A stretch of 64,000 bases of DNA, counting the filler, from Gonapodya sp. JEL0774 (lineage: Eukaryota), in assembly GCA_027604505.1 (NCBI GenBank). It is 18 parts of 18 records of this genome, joined end to end, with 100 filler letters (N's around TTAATTAATTAA, not from the genome) between each part and the next. Parts side by side here need not be neighbours in the genome. Positions count along the whole stretch, not along the records: positions 35,934 to 39,412 come from JADIIX010001275.1; positions 39,513 to 42,981 come from JADIIX010001276.1; positions 43,082 to 46,548 come from JADIIX010001277.1; positions 46,649 to 50,111 come from JADIIX010001278.1; 14 more parts are not named here. One strand, 5' to 3'. Within the stretch, counting starts at the first letter, position 1; every line of letters starts with the position of its first letter. Positions 35,934 to 48,913 of the stretch are shown here, one piece after another. The notes below the pieces were generated by a model, which worked only from the letters and a program-made list of their open reading frames with translations, had not been told where the DNA came from and did not search any database. Made by a program: the position numbers and the translations under genes.

Positions 35934-37209
35934 TGGTGAGGTGGCAGGTGAAGTCTGGGGGTGGGGGGGCAGGAATGGGGAGGGAGAGTGAGGAGTGGGG
36001 AGGTGAGCACACGTGGGGATCAGCGAGGCACAACGATACTGGAGGGACACGGGACAAAGGAGGTAACAAGAAAGGGCGACGAGCGCGACATTGATTCCCC
36101 ACCGGTAGCGGTGTACCTCGGGGCCCACGGGCTCGGTGTGTTGCTGGCTGATCCGTTGCCCTGCATTCCCATTTTGGAATCCGATCAGGATCAGACATCC
36201 TCTCCCACACCACACCCCAACACCCTACACACACTCGCTCCCGTATTACGCATACGTACCGACCAACACCTCGAGCACCTTCTTGGTCCTGGCGTCGCGG
36301 AGGTCCCTCTCTGCTCCGCTGAGCGGGCGGAAGTACGAGACTTGGAGGGACGAGGGGGACAGGGACGGGTACGGGTACGGGTGTCGGGCGGCAGGGCGGG
36401 GTGGTGGTGGGGCGGTGGTTAAGGGTGTGGAGGAGGAGGAGGACCATGGGTCGGCCGTCGTGGAGGGCGGTGCTGCAGAGCCGACCGCACTTGCAGCCGT
36501 ACCCGCGCCGGTCGACGGGGTGGGACCCGGGACCGGGACCGGAACCGTGATCTGATCGACGAAGGGGTTTTCAAGTTGATCCCCTTGCGGGTCTCCAGGG
36601 TACGCGTACCCGATCTCTTCGAGCGGGGGCGCCGAGGGGTGCGGGGTGTCGAGCAGCACGGGCACGGGGTAGGAGAAGGCCGGGGTTGGGGCCGAGGGTG
36701 GGGCGGGGTAGGGGTGGTAGGCGGCGTCAGACCAGGGGTTGTAGGTGAGGGAGTAGGTGTGGGGAAAGGTCGATGGTGGTTGGGTTGTGGATGTGGATGT
36801 GGATGTGGGAGGAGCGGGGAGTGAGTGGGAGGGGGGTTTTGAGGGGAGGCGGGGGGGGCGTGAGTGGGAGTGAGGGAGGGCGGAGGGAGGAGGAGGGTGT
36901 AAGGGAGGATGAGGAGAGGAAGAGAGGGAGGGGACAGGGACAGGGACAGGGAGAGCGGAGTGACGGGAAGAGATGTATCGTGACTTTGCGGAATTGAGGG
37001 CAGAGGAAGGGGCGGAGAGCCAGAATGAGAGAGAAGGGTTGATGGAGTGTGGCGGGTAAGGGGATGCAGGGGATGAAGAGGCGAAAGAAGCAGAGGTGGA
37101 TGGGAAGGAAGAATTGGAGGGGAATGAGAGAGGAGAGTCGGAGCGGAGAGGGATTGAGTAGTCCGAGTGCAGAGAGGAAGAGACGGAGCGGACGCGGGAA
37201 GAGGGCATG
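35934..37209 (-). CDS. Hypothetical Pro/Ser-rich protein, 5' part
   Basis: Long open low-complexity frame from MPSSRVRSVSS to RTKKVLEVLV, followed by a possible hydrophobic exon. No family recognised. Confidence 0.4.
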
Positions 37210-37718
37210 AGGAGTGGAGTGAGTGAGTAGGGTGAGTGGGGAGTCTGGAGTGGGAGACAAAGGGAGAGGGATGAAGAGGGAAATGACGCGATCAGGTGAA
37301 TCAGAAGGGGCAGAGCGGGAGACAGAAGGGATGCGTGTTGGTTTACCTGTGATCTGTGGGGTGATTGGGGCAGAGTGGGGGAGGGGAGGGGAGGGAGGGG
37401 AAGGATGGAGGTGGCGACAGCCCACAGCACCGGTGCGATGATGTCAGAGTGAACACTGTGAGGACACGGAGACACACGTGACGTGATTGCCACGACCGAT
37501 GGGAATGGGAGACCAAGGACAGGTTGATTGGGTGGCTGTAGTGAGTCGGATTCGAGTCTTCGCGTCTGGTGCCTGAGATGAGACAGGAGACACATCGGCT
37601 TAACTATGATAAGTGGCACAGCCATCGGAGACTTTGAGGTGTGACCACAGCCACCAGACCCCTTGGTCCGACCACAGACACCGACACAGCATTACAACAC
37701 ACACACACGTCATCGCCA

Positions 37719-39163
37719 ATGAACAGACTGCGCACGTCATTCCGCCACCTGCGCACATCCGCAGTCACTGTGCCATATGGTGGCTCCCATCGGCTGCGCA
37801 TCCTCGCGTCTTCACACGCTCGATCCACGTCTGCGACCACCAGCACCAGCAGCAGCCGCACACAGTGGCATGACATCACCCGCTCTGACGTCACCGGTCA
37901 CCCAAACTCCCCTCCCGCCGTCCCTCGCTCTCTCCTACTCGCTTTCCTCTCCGCCTCCGCTCTCTCAATCGCTCTCCTGCTCGCATTCAAGGACGAACAA
38001 TCCGCAGTGCTCGCAGAACCCGCCCATTCCCCACCACCTACTCCCCCTACTCCCCCAACTCAACTCTCCATCCTCGAACCCATCACCGCCAGACCCATCC
38101 CAAAGGTCATCACGGTCGGAAAAGAGTCGGCAAACCCGCTCGACTTCCACTTGCTCGGCATGGGCGCAAAGAGAGTCACATTCCTGAGATTCACTGGTGC
38201 GTCAGCGCCAACCGTCATCGTGTATGAGAATACTTGTGCCAATTTGACCTTATGTATCTCCATCCTTCCCTCCCATCCCTCCCATCCCTCCCCCTCCTGA
38301 ACCAAGTCTACGCCTTCTCCCTCCACCTCTCCCCTGCCTCCCTCTCCCACCTCCGCCGCTCCCGAGACACCGCCCTACCCGGCTTCAACCCTGCCGACCT
38401 CGCCACCTTCACCGACGCCCACCTCGACGAGATCGTACGGGTCGGCGAGAAGGGCGAACTCGAGTGGGCAGCCAGGATTGAGCCGGTCAGGGGAACCACG
38501 GGTGCGTTGCCGGGTGGTTCGGGGATGGATGGGGTGATGGGACGGGGCCAGGGTGCCAGGTCGAGTACGTGATATGTACCCCGCGACGACGTGACATCCG
38601 TATTACGATCCCGGAACGTAGGCGTCCGTGAGCCCAGTGGGGTCCTCATCGGGCCCTGCCAGATCTTCTCAGTTCCCATCCGTGTTCTCCTCACCTGCTT
38701 TTCCGCGTCGTTCCCCGTCACCCACCCACAAACCCTGGCCCTACACACACCCCCTCCAGGTCCCCACCTCCGCACAGGCTTCCTCCAAGCCCTCCACGCC
38801 GCCCTCCTCCTCGAACCCGCCGAATCCCGTCCGGTACGTTATACGTTCACGTACTCCCCGTCCTTTCCTTCCTGGTCCCACTATTCCTGTCGCTACTTCC
38901 TCCTTAACCCCTCCATCCCTCTCTCCCCCCCCAACACACGCCAAGCCCATCCAAGCCCACCTCGACGCCTTCGCGGCCCTGTTCCCGCAAGGGACCGTAC
39001 CGGCGGGTCAGGAGATTGTCATCGCGAGGAAGAAGGGCGGTACGGTGGTGGTGGAGAGGGATGTGAGTTGGTCGGGGGGGGGGGGGGGGGGGGGGACGGT
39101 GGGGCGGAGGATCGAGGATGAGGCTGCCGCGGGGACGGTGGAGCACCCGAGGGGTAAGATGGG
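37719..39163 (+). CDS. Chalcone-isomerase-like mitochondrial protein (Aim18/Aim46 family)
   Basis: Presequence-like N-terminus and TM. Motifs FHLLGMGAKRVTFLRFT|VYAF, ARIEPVRGTT|GPHLRTGF, LDAFAALFPQGTVPAGQEIVI. The 3' end is obscured by a gap at 39164-39173. Confidence 0.8.
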
Positions 39164-39512
39164 NNNNNNNNNNGGGCCGGGCCCCCCCCCCCGCCCGCCC
39201 CGCCTTTTGGTGGGTGGAGGGTGGAGGGTGGAGGGTGGATCACGCGAGGGGTATGGTTGGGTGGCGCAGCGCACCAAACCCTTCGATCCATGGAACCCAT
39301 CTACCCCATGCGAGCCTCATCGAGCCCATCGAACCCGGCCGTGCGATTTGTGCGATTTGTGCTGTTGTGCGGGCAGCGGGCATGTGTGTGCTGACGGGCG
39401 CGGCGCAGTGCANNNNNNNNNNNNNNNNNNNNNNNNNNNNNNNNNNNNNNNNNNNNTTAATTAATTAANNNNNNNNNNNNNNNNNNNNNNNNNNNNNNNN
39501 NNNNNNNNNNNN

Positions 39513-40156
39513 AAAATCTGCGAGTCTCTCGGACTTTCGAAATTCAGACTCGTCTAGCCGAAGAAACGTGGGACAGGTATCACTGACAAACGTGCACATA
39601 TGGCACTCAACAGAACTATTGACGGAACTCCAGGACACAACTCACGACTCTCCAACGCCGCGACCGCCAACCACCCTTTGGGTTCTTTTTTCCCCCTTAT
39701 CCATGCTCTTGCAAGCACCCTCACCGCTGCCGGAGGCATGTCCACACGGCTGTCAACCTTTCTCCTCTGCTCAATTTTCCCAAACGCCTCGCACTCGCTT
39801 TTGTGCTCGAACCAGTCGGCACGTTGACAATTTGCGTCACAGTACCGTACACGGTGGCAGCGGGCGCATTGGCTCGGTGGGTCGGGGGAGAAGCAGAGGT
39901 GACAAGTTGTGGAAAGACGGGCCGTGATGGGGGCGCATGCGTATGGATTCTCAGTGAGAATGAGGGTACCTGATTACACAATGCGAGGTGCGATCGATGT
40001 GGAAAGGGGATAAGAATCGCAGTCCATCATGACGGCAAGAATGATTTTCAACGAAGTAACCTTGCCTTGTTTGACGGAAGATTTGACAACTATTCCACGA
40101 CCTTTCCCGGGTATCGTCTCCACAGCAATGGTGACGTGACTTTTGGCGCGTTCCAT
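39513..40156 (-). CDS. SMYD-family SET/MYND lysine methyltransferase, 5' part
   Basis: IPGKGRGIVVKSSVKQGTLILTENPY, then MYND finger CHLCFSPDPPSQCARCHRVRYCDANCQRADWFEHKSEC. Confidence 0.88.
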
Positions 40157-40337
40157 ATTCAGTCTGAGCGTCGCGGGTGATGTTTTGCGGAGGAGATATA
40201 GTACGTATTTAGCTGGCGCACCTCAACCAAAACAAGATAAGCATTATCGGCGGCACTTCATGATATTTTATGGTTTTCTCAATGAATTTCCATTTGGACG
40301 GATGCTTGCACGCAAACTCGTAGGGGACATATCAAAA

Positions 40338-41788
40338 TCACTTTCGCACTCTCTTCTTCCTCGGCTTCTTTACCTGTGATGCAACACCACCAGGCTTCTC
40401 CAAGCCAGGAATAATGCTATGAGCGCATCGTAAGATCGCCATTCTGTGCACACTGGCCGAATCCTCTCCAGTCATCATGGTAAGGTATCGCTCCCGTACA
40501 ACGAGGTATTGGTGCCGGAAGTAGAAGAGGAGATCGTCAAGAGGACGGAGGCGGGAAAGAGCGGATGGTCGAGAGGGTGGTGGACTGGAGGGAGTAGCCC
40601 AGGTGTCTGTCTCAACAGCAACAAGAGAGATTTCTTGCACCAGCTCTTCGAAGCCATCACTGTCACTTGATATTGCCGGAAAGTGGAGATCGTTGTCAAG
40701 TAAACCGGACGTGGGTGCTCCTGCATCAAAGTCCCGAGATTCCTGATTCAAACTTTCATCTGAGACCATGTCTGGCTTGGAACCTTCGTAGGGCGCGAGT
40801 CTTTCAGGCGAATCAGTCATGCTAGATTTATCCGGTTTCATCACCTGAAGATATGTAGAGTCGCGATTTCGAGTGGAGTCTTTGAGCCACCGGTGCTGAT
40901 CAGGAGAAGTCCGATTCCAGCCTTCCCATTCCACAGTCCCATACTCTCCGAGATACGCCTCCCACCACTCCCTACATGCCCAGTAGGTGCACTCAATTGT
41001 ACTGAGATACGAGTCCCCGAACCTGTGATGCCTCCAAAACAGAGTGTGGTGTTGGCCAGCGAGAGTCAATGTCCGGAATCGGCGGAAGAAGGGGAGTTCC
41101 GCGAGGAGGTTGGCTTGCTGCCATGTACCGTCAATAAAGAGCAGTGTGGTGGGTTTATGGGATGGAATCGCTTTGCGAGAGGTCTCGGATGAGGTTTCAA
41201 GGAGAGGTTCTTCCTTGGCGGCGCGGGCGAGTGCAGAGAATGTGACGGCGCCCTTGAAAACAGAAATGTGACCGGAGGAACGACATAAGAAATCGCATTA
41301 AAGTTCTGTGTAAGAAATGTTCATGAGACTTTGGGTGCTCACTGGTCCAGGGAACAGGAGTACCGACGTCTCCGGCTCGCAATCGCTGACATCCGGAACT
41401 ACAAACTCCCCATCAGCGTTCTTTATAACGACGATGATTTCCGCATCGTCGGGTGCAAGTGCTGCGGCGTGAAGGCCGGTAGCTTTTGCACGCCGCTCGT
41501 TAAAATGGACAAATCTTGCCATCCATTCGGTTGAGCAACCAGAAGACGAATGGTTACGCGAGAAGACAAAACTCACATCTTGAGCCTCACGGGTAATCGC
41601 AACTTTGGTGTCCTTTCGACATGAACGACAGGAATCAAGCAATCATAGCAGAAAGTAGGAGTGGACACGTTACAACGTGGGCAGTTCCCCCGGGCTTGAC
41701 GAGATGGATCAACGGAGTCCGAAAAGGGCGATATTAAGAAAGATGCAAAGGGGTCCGGATTCGCTGGAGGCGAGTCGAGGGCGGTCAT
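40338..41788 (-). CDS. DTWD1: DTW-domain tRNA-uridine aminocarboxypropyltransferase (DTWD1-like)
   Basis: CPRC...FCYDCLIPV, HFNERRAKATGLHA, LLFPGP, LLFIDGTWQQA, TLFWR...YLSTIEC, DDLLFYFRHQY. Confidence 0.85.
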
Positions 41789-41892
41789 CAAGGGAAACGT
41801 GAGTTGTAGGTATGTACCACTTTTGTTGCACATGAGAGTGCACGAGCCACCCCAAGTCGCAAAGAATGACGTGTTAGCAGAGCCAAACATAC

Positions 41893-42981
41893 ATGGAAAT
41901 CGTCTTATCGAATCTGGAATCGGCACCATTGACAGCGCTTCTCTCGTTCTTTCTTGTCATAGTTGTCTACCACTTTTGGACCTCCCGATCCTCTTCAACC
42001 GGGCACCTTGTTGGGCAAACCGAACCCAAATTCACAGCCATCGAACGCGCCTCTCACATTATGGACGGGTACAATAGATTTCGGTACGGGATTTCGTGAC
42101 CTGCGTTGTTTCAACTCTATCTCATGTTACCATTGGCGCTGGCGTCTCGCCATTTTTAGTTTCAAGGCTGTCATCTTCGACCTTGGAGGCGTTCTCCTCG
42201 CGGAAGACAAGTTCCGTGCATTTTTTCAACTTCACTGGCCTTCTTTGCTATGGATCGCAATGACAAAGCCGCGTTTCTTGCGGGATTTACGTTCGCATTT
42301 CTTTGTGTGTTTCGTCTGTCACAGTGACACACAACCTCGAATGCAAACGCTCGATTTCCTTTCACGTGTATGCAGAATCTTTTACATGAAGCTGAAGTCG
42401 CGGCGCTCTCCCATGCAGGCCCTGAGACCGTCTCCACATACAAATCTTCCAAACTTCCCGCTGTGTTCATCCACTGGATGAACGAATCATCCGCGGAACA
42501 GACGCAGGTTTTATTGGGTAAAGTGCAAGACGCGGTATGCCGTAGATCAGAGTGGTCGAGGGCTCAAAAGCGATTGGTGATGGGGGTGGCGAACTTGGTA
42601 AGCACCACAGGCTAGGATTAGCTTCTCGTGAGTTCTCATGTCTCTCCAACCTAAAGGCGTTCGACCCAAAGACTCTTTGCTGCGTCATGACCCCTCTGCC
42701 GGGTGCTGAAATTCTTCGGGATTGCTGGAGGAGACGATCGTTTGTGAGCACAATTATTCTCACACGGTTGGGTGTGAGTTCACAGACCTGGCAGCTTCGA
42801 TGCGTCGTATGTCTTAACGGTAAAGTCTTTTTCCCGGCAGTCTAAGCAAGGACATCCGTCCGCAGTCAATGGACGAGTTGATCGACCACCTTCGGATCGG
42901 TCACCGATGCTCTCAACAGTGGACGATACGGACCTTGCACTTCCCTTAGATCCCACTCATGACCGGCGAGACGTCAAATTC
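41893..42981 (+). CDS. HAD-superfamily hydrolase with N-terminal TM segment, 5' part
   Basis: FKAVIFDLGGVL (HAD motif I) follows the first intron. Hydrophobic N-terminus LTALLSFFLVIVVYHFW. Confidence 0.7.
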
Positions 42982-43172
42982 NNNNNNNNNNNNNNNNNNN
43001 NNNNNNNNNNNNNNNNNNNNNNNNNTTAATTAATTAANNNNNNNNNNNNNNNNNNNNNNNNNNNNNNNNNNNNNNNNNNNNCGAGCGAGCGCCTTCACTT
43101 GAACCTCATTCCTTTCGTTCAACCACCTTAATCTTATGAAGCTTCACCAGCACAGTGTTCACCACTACCTAG

Positions 43173-43629
43173 CCGGCCATGTTCACAGAACATTGCACGG
43201 TACCTCTACTAGGGGCGACCTGCATTGCTGGATTGTTGCCGGAACGGCGATGGTGAGTTCATAAGCAGGTCGACCGTGTAAACAAAGTCAAAGTGGACGC
43301 AGCAGTACACTCCCCTGGGGGCTTCGAGGAACACCCACATTATCTCAGATCTCGTCTACTTCGCTCTTTAGGCTGCTGATGAAGATGCCCTTGGATACGG
43401 TGTGCGGGCATTTGAGATCCATCCTGCTGGCCTCCCGGACCCACCAGCGAGCAGACTCTCAAACCTACCGTTTCCCGTCGAATCATACCAGTCAGACTCA
43501 TCCTGCGTTTACTCTAGCTGGATTAAACTGCCTCTTCCTGCCGATCTTTTGCCCCCGAGCTGCAAGGAGTTGGTGGAGAAGCATTTTTCGAAAATGCCCG
43601 ACAGACCGGTCAGGGGGACTGAACGCTAG
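43173..43629 (+). CDS. Possible metallophosphoesterase, C-terminal fragment
   Basis: Exon AGHVHR (GHxH motif)...WIVAGTAM splices via intron 43253-43371 to AADEDALGYGVRAFEI. Confidence 0.45.
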
Positions 43630-43758
43630 TAACAGCCATTTGCCATCGAATAATACTTCCTATTCCTGTGTCAGAATGATGGTGTGAGCGGGTCCGTGCA
43701 ATCATGCAGCTCCAGCCTGAAACCTGCTGTACCTACAGCTCTAATTGAGAACCACCTA

Positions 43759-45027
43759 ATGGATTCACTTCCTATCGAAACGGTGCATCGGGTATTCCGG
43801 TATCTGCCTCCTCCGACATTCTACGGGGTTGTTCCCCGTGTTTCCCAAAGGTTTCGGGACATGTGCTTCGGCGCCATCCCGGGATGCCCAGGGCGAACAG
43901 TGACTATCAACTGCGATATCATTGTTGGCAACGTCTACCTAAGACCTCTGGAGCCCCATGATTTCAAGCGATTTGTCCACGGATTCGCACAAGTGGATCA
44001 GAAAGGAAGAAATTCTTGGACGGCGATCACCACCTCAATCCAGTTGACGACAGATATAGTGGCTGATACGGGGTTGGAGCGATTGGAAGCGCTTATCTTG
44101 GACTTAGTAAGCACCGCGGGAGTCGACTTCGGGATACGTCTGCCCGAACGAAGCTTGTTGAATCTCGCCGTGGCAAAGATAGAATCGGATATTGGGACTA
44201 TGAAACCTTGCGCTGATATAGACATCATTGCTCTTGAAAGAATCTTGCAGTTTGCGAACTGTTCCGGGGTCCGTTCGTACAAATGGTGTGGTGACGTTCA
44301 AACATTGGATCACCTAAAGCCGAGCACGACAGCCAATGCCGTTACTTCATTGACCGTATCGATTAGCCATGGTAGCCAATGGTGTCAAGACGTGGTCACG
44401 ATTCTGGAAAGATTCCCTTCGGCGCGTACCCTCACCGGCGGGGTCTTCCACCCCACGACGCATCCCCGACGGACAAAAATTGATGGAACTCTCCACAAAC
44501 CACCCAAGGCAATGTTGGAAACGGTGACTTCTCTCCGCGTCGATGGAGACAGTCATCTCATCCTGGCACCACTGATTTATCCAAATCTGCGTGAATTGGG
44601 GATCATCCATCTGAACAGCCGTTTCGATCTGGCCGACGAAGCTCCGTTGGCCGGCCTCACTTTTCCTACCTTGCAGAGTGTTCATTTGTACTTTCATGGC
44701 TCACAGCTGAACATGAACTCTCTTTCGCCGTCTGGTGCAAATTTGCGTATTCTCGAAGCACTTGTGAGATCGACGCCAAACTTGACGAACATCACTGTGA
44801 AATTTTCTGCCAGCGATGACGCTACTCTTTCCATGGTCGGGACATTCTTTGGCCACCTTTTGCGTGTCGTTTCTTCGGGATGCACCATTCACTTATTGCG
44901 AATTGATGGGACGTATTTGAAGTTCTTCACAAAGATGGGCCGATTTGCTCAAAAGGACTTTCCACCGGTGCTCCGTGACTGGGACTTAACTTCTGGAATA
45001 AAATTGAGGGATGGTAAACTCATTTGA
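43759..45027 (+). CDS. F-box protein with LRR-like C-terminus (single exon)
   Basis: MDSLPIETVHRVFRYLPPPTFYGVVPRVSQRFR; repeats YPNLRELGI, FPTLQSVHL, TPNLTNITV. Confidence 0.75.
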   Translation: MDSLPIETVHRVFRYLPPPTFYGVVPRVSQRFRDMCFGAIPGCPGRTVTINCDIIVGNVYLRPLEPHDFKRFVHGFAQVDQKGRNSWTAITTSIQLTTDIVADTGLERLEALILDLVSTAGVDFGIRLPERSLLNLAVAKIESDIGTMKPCADIDIIALERILQFANCSGVRSYKWCGDVQTLDHLKPSTTANAVTSLTVSISHGSQWCQDVVTILERFPSARTLTGGVFHPTTHPRRTKIDGTLHKPPKAMLETVTSLRVDGDSHLILAPLIYPNLRELGIIHLNSRFDLADEAPLAGLTFPTLQSVHLYFHGSQLNMNSLSPSGANLRILEALVRSTPNLTNITVKFSASDDATLSMVGTFFGHLLRVVSSGCTIHLLRIDGTYLKFFTKMGRFAQKDFPPVLRDWDLTSGIKLRDGKLI

Positions 45028-45156
45028 CGACAGTGACAGGGAGTTGGGTAAGTGTCCTGTGTCGGATAATTGCCGCATTCATCGTTACTTATTTCACCGC
45101 CATCTGTACAAATCGCTTCTGTACATAGCTTGACTGCCTATGCACGTGTCACGTCA

Positions 45157-46548
45157 TTATTCCGACCCCCCTCCTCCCAGAAACATCTTCACTGCCACTC
45201 CACCAGTCTCCTCAACCCAAGGGTATCCCAGTTCCACCAACCATATTTCAAGTTCCTTGTTATCTTCTTTTGGCACCTGCAATCCGCACATCACTTTGCC
45301 CACGTCGGATCCATAATTGCGATAGTGGAAGAGGGAAAGGTTCCAAGATGGAGAAAGCGTCGTGAGGAATCGGTGGAGGGCCCCAGGCCGTTCCGGGAAG
45401 GAGAACCGGAACAAGCGCTCGTTTGGGACCTACAGAGTGTTTGAGTGCGCGGGCGTTATGATTTGTGGTAGCGAGTTGAGGCCGTGACGTAGTACAGAAT
45501 CTGAGTCAGAATCATAAAACATCGAGCCTTATGTTGGATCACATCTCCTTACCTCAACCCTCCCGCCCACCATGTACCGAGCGTGGCCCTTGACCACCTC
45601 ATCTCCCGAGCAATCCCAACATTTGAGTCCTTTTCCTTCCAGATCCGCCATGACCCGTTGCAAATCCCCAGGACCCGAGAGGTTGAAGGAGAGGAGCACG
45701 CGAGCACATTCGGGGGAGGTGTAACGGTAGGAGAATGAGGTAACGGAGCGCGGATAGACGGAGAGGTAGAGGTTGAGGAAGCTGTTACCCCAGCCGAAAC
45801 CCAGTTCACAAATCAATCCACTTTGACGGGCGAAACAGCACGGGAGTGGGAACGAATGGAGAGAAACTCACCTTCCGGGCTTCTCGGGAATCTCCACTGC
45901 CAATATGCCCTCCCTGCCCTCTCCAAGCTCAGCTCGTTCGGCAACAAATCTCAACCTGTCAAAATTCATGTTTGCCCCACTTGTCACGCACACGTACGTC
46001 CCTTCTGTGTCGTTCTCGTCAATCTCGCCCCGTTTCCTCATTTCCTCGATCCACTTCTTCGCTCCAGCAACACCCAACGCCCCCGCCGGTTCCACGACGC
46101 TTCGGCAATCCTCAAACACGTCTCGGATGGCCGCACAGACTTCGTCGGTGGAAACCAGAACCATGCCATCAACATTGTCTCGGACGAGGCGAAACGTTTC
46201 CTCGCCAACGAGTTTGACAGCGGCGCCGTCAGCAAACAAACCAACTTCCGGGAGTGTGACGCGATGTCCTGCGCGGAGCGATCTAGTCATGGCATCGGCA
46301 TCGTAAGTTTCGACACCCACAACTTTGACGTGTGGGGCCACACGTTTGATGTAGGACGCCACGCCAGCTATGAGACCACCACCACCAACGCAAACAAAGA
46401 CAGCGCGGAGATGTCGAGAGGGGGTTTGGCGGAGGATCTCGACACCGACAGTGCCTTGGCCCGCAATGATGTAGGGGTCGTCAAAAGGTGGAATGTCAAT
46501 GAGACCGAGAGTCTGTTCCGATAAACGAAGTATAAAAGGTTGCTGGAT
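45157..46548 (-). CDS. ILV1: Biosynthetic threonine dehydratase, 3' part
   Basis: [59 protein letters not shown]. Two regulatory ACT domains: IPEKPGSF and FPERPGAL...SLFHYRNYG. Confidence 0.96.
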
Positions 46549-46648
46549 NNNNNNNNNNNNNNNNNNNNNNNNNNNNNNNNNNNNNNNNNNNNTTAATTAA
46601 TTAANNNNNNNNNNNNNNNNNNNNNNNNNNNNNNNNNNNNNNNNNNNN

Positions 46649-46936
46649 GGTCGCGGTGACCGGTGTGGTCGTTGCTGGTGTCACCGATGACTCAGCTTGA
46701 CGTGGAACCATTTTCGGCCCACGACTAGCGGAAAATACTGGAGAATCGGGCGAGACCCAATTCTTCAGCATTTGAATGTCCTCTTGCCTCTTATCTCGCT
46801 GATAAGCAGTCGAGCTGGCACCGTTTACCGCCGTTATCGGGGGAATCGTTCCTGATGGTTGAGGAAGCCTGGCATATTTTGCTCCACCCAACCGCCGTCG
46901 TGAGTAGGACTCCGGGAGGTGAAAGGTGGACGCCAT
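46649..46936 (-). CDS. Hypothetical protein, 5' fragment
   Basis: ATG-initiated frame open to the contig edge, ending in a Thr-rich stretch. No motif recognised. Confidence 0.35.
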
Positions 46937-47576
46937 GGGCGCTCAGAATTGAACGTGTTTTGAATCTCTTGACAGTTCTCGTTTCACGGCGTTGCGGTTT
47001 CAGGGTGATAAGGGCGGTGCGCGATGAGGGGAAGGCTTCTCTTGCCTTAGCGGGGCAGGCAGGGGTTTTGCCGTCTAACACAAAAATCGAACTGGGGCTT
47101 TACAGGCTTGGCAATGTAGTTGAGAAGATTATCCTCAAGATGGAAAAGGGGGCAGGAGTGGAGTGTGTCCGTGGCATGTTTTATTTTACTTGTACACGCT
47201 TCTTATTTGCGGTGATGCCAAGTCGCTCAGACCTGCGGAGGTCTGATGTCTCTACATGTATTGCAATTTCTGACTATGCCGTTCACCTGAAATTTGCGAC
47301 GAGTGTCATTGACGGAATCTCACAACCTGCTGTGGTTCCATGTTACAACGTGTCGTCCATCCATTTCTCTGTCCTATCCTCACTGTTTGCTATCACCGAG
47401 AGCTTCCATGATTCGTCGCTCCATTTTCACATGATGTAGAGACACGGGCGGTGTTGGTAGAAACCCGAGTGTTCAAGCTTGTGGTTCCAAATGAAGGTCG
47501 AGACCGAGGAGGATTTACAGCTTTACGAGAGTCAATTAAGAGTCCTAAAATTCAATAAGTTAGCTCTACAGTGAAG

Positions 47577-48913
47577 CTACAAACGATACCATCGAACATT
47601 GATCGAAAAATCACAATTCTCACCATCGCGCTGATCAACGGCCGAGCTTCTCCGCGGTGGGGGTGCGGGATCAGAGGAGAGGAAGTTGTTCGAGTTTGGT
47701 GAGGTCACAGTGCGTCTGCCGGGTTCCCGAACAACACCGCTCGATGGTTGTTTGCGGGCTGTTTGGGAGTTGGACAGTCGCCGTGGCGGTGCAACGACCG
47801 CGTTCCTGGATGACGCCGAGGGTTGTATGCGCTCACGGGACACTGAGCGATTCCTGGAGTTACGATGTTCATGAGGCAAATGCACTGATACGCGAGATTG
47901 TGTGTGATCAGGTCCTACTCGATTGGTGTGAGCCCGGATGGGAACGGAAGAACTTCTGGTTCCGTGAGGGATGGGAGCCGAAGATCTTCTTGTCCTTCGA
48001 GATTCATCATTGTCCATGGCAGAATCACGAAGCTGAGGCGGAGACTTGGGCCTTCGCGGTTGCTCAACGGTCCGAGTGGTGCGCGAACGGGAACGTGCAC
48101 GTGAGCGTGACCGCGAAGATCGCCTCGCGCTTTCTGAGTATCTCGATTTGCGAGTGTCAAAAGGATGGATTTGATTTGTTTGATGTAGGAGAAGAGAAGA
48201 GGTCTCAAAATAAGCGGACTCGTCGTACTCCTCAATCGACTTGGATTGTCGAGATTGCCGATTCTGTGACTCTCCAGAGATCAGCTCCCTGGTAGGTAGT
48301 AAAGGCGATGTGGATTTTCTACCAGATGCATGAGTATCCGAGGTAGATGGATGATGGGGACTACCATTGGTGTTGGTCAGCGAGGTGCCAAACGGTGGAA
48401 TGTAATGAATCGCAGTTCGAGCGTCTATTCACCAAAGTCCGAGTCAGTTGGGATTGCGCCTGTTATTTTGCATGTATCCATGCTAAAACAGATCATCTCA
48501 CCTCGCATTTGTCCCCGGTTATTTGACCCTGCGACTGGAAGTTTTTCGTAGTTGTATGAATTGTTCCTCCACTTGTTTTTGGCCCATCGCCCGACAACAA
48601 GCGCGAAGAGCAGAAACACAAAGGAGAAAACGACCGCGCCGATGACGAGGAAAACGAGTCCAATTCCCATGGGGCTCGTAGTACCTCCGCCGGGAAATGC
48701 CACCGAAGGTGGGGAGACCATCATGTTCTCCATCACAGCGACAGGAGAGCTGCGGACCGGCGAATGCATCAACGAGCTGACGGTTGCAGTGATTGTGACG
48801 GACGATGAAGTCACCGAAGATGTGGTGCGAGTTGTGGAGTCAGCTTCTTGACGGCGGACGACACGGGAGCGATCGGCTCGTAGTCGGAGGAGGTGTGAGG
48901 TCTCCATTTTCAT
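47577..48913 (-). CDS. Single-pass membrane protein: Ser/Thr-rich N-terminus, TM, Arg/Ser-rich tail
   Basis: TM GIGLVFLVIGAVVFSFVFLLFALVV is followed by basic residues. An intron at about 48425-48500 joins it to a long open frame containing SSRSRSRARSRSR and the 47577-48017 ORF. Confidence 0.6.

Noticed and set aside
35934..39412. Extreme G/C strand skew and G-runs (possible G-quadruplex array or foreign contig)
   Set aside because: Largely explained by Pro/Ser codons of two divergent genes plus a homopolymer next to an assembly gap.
45823..46524. 233-aa plus-strand ORF and similar long antisense ORFs (e.g. 30003-30668, 47657-48295)
   Set aside because: Shadow frames opposite genuine genes.
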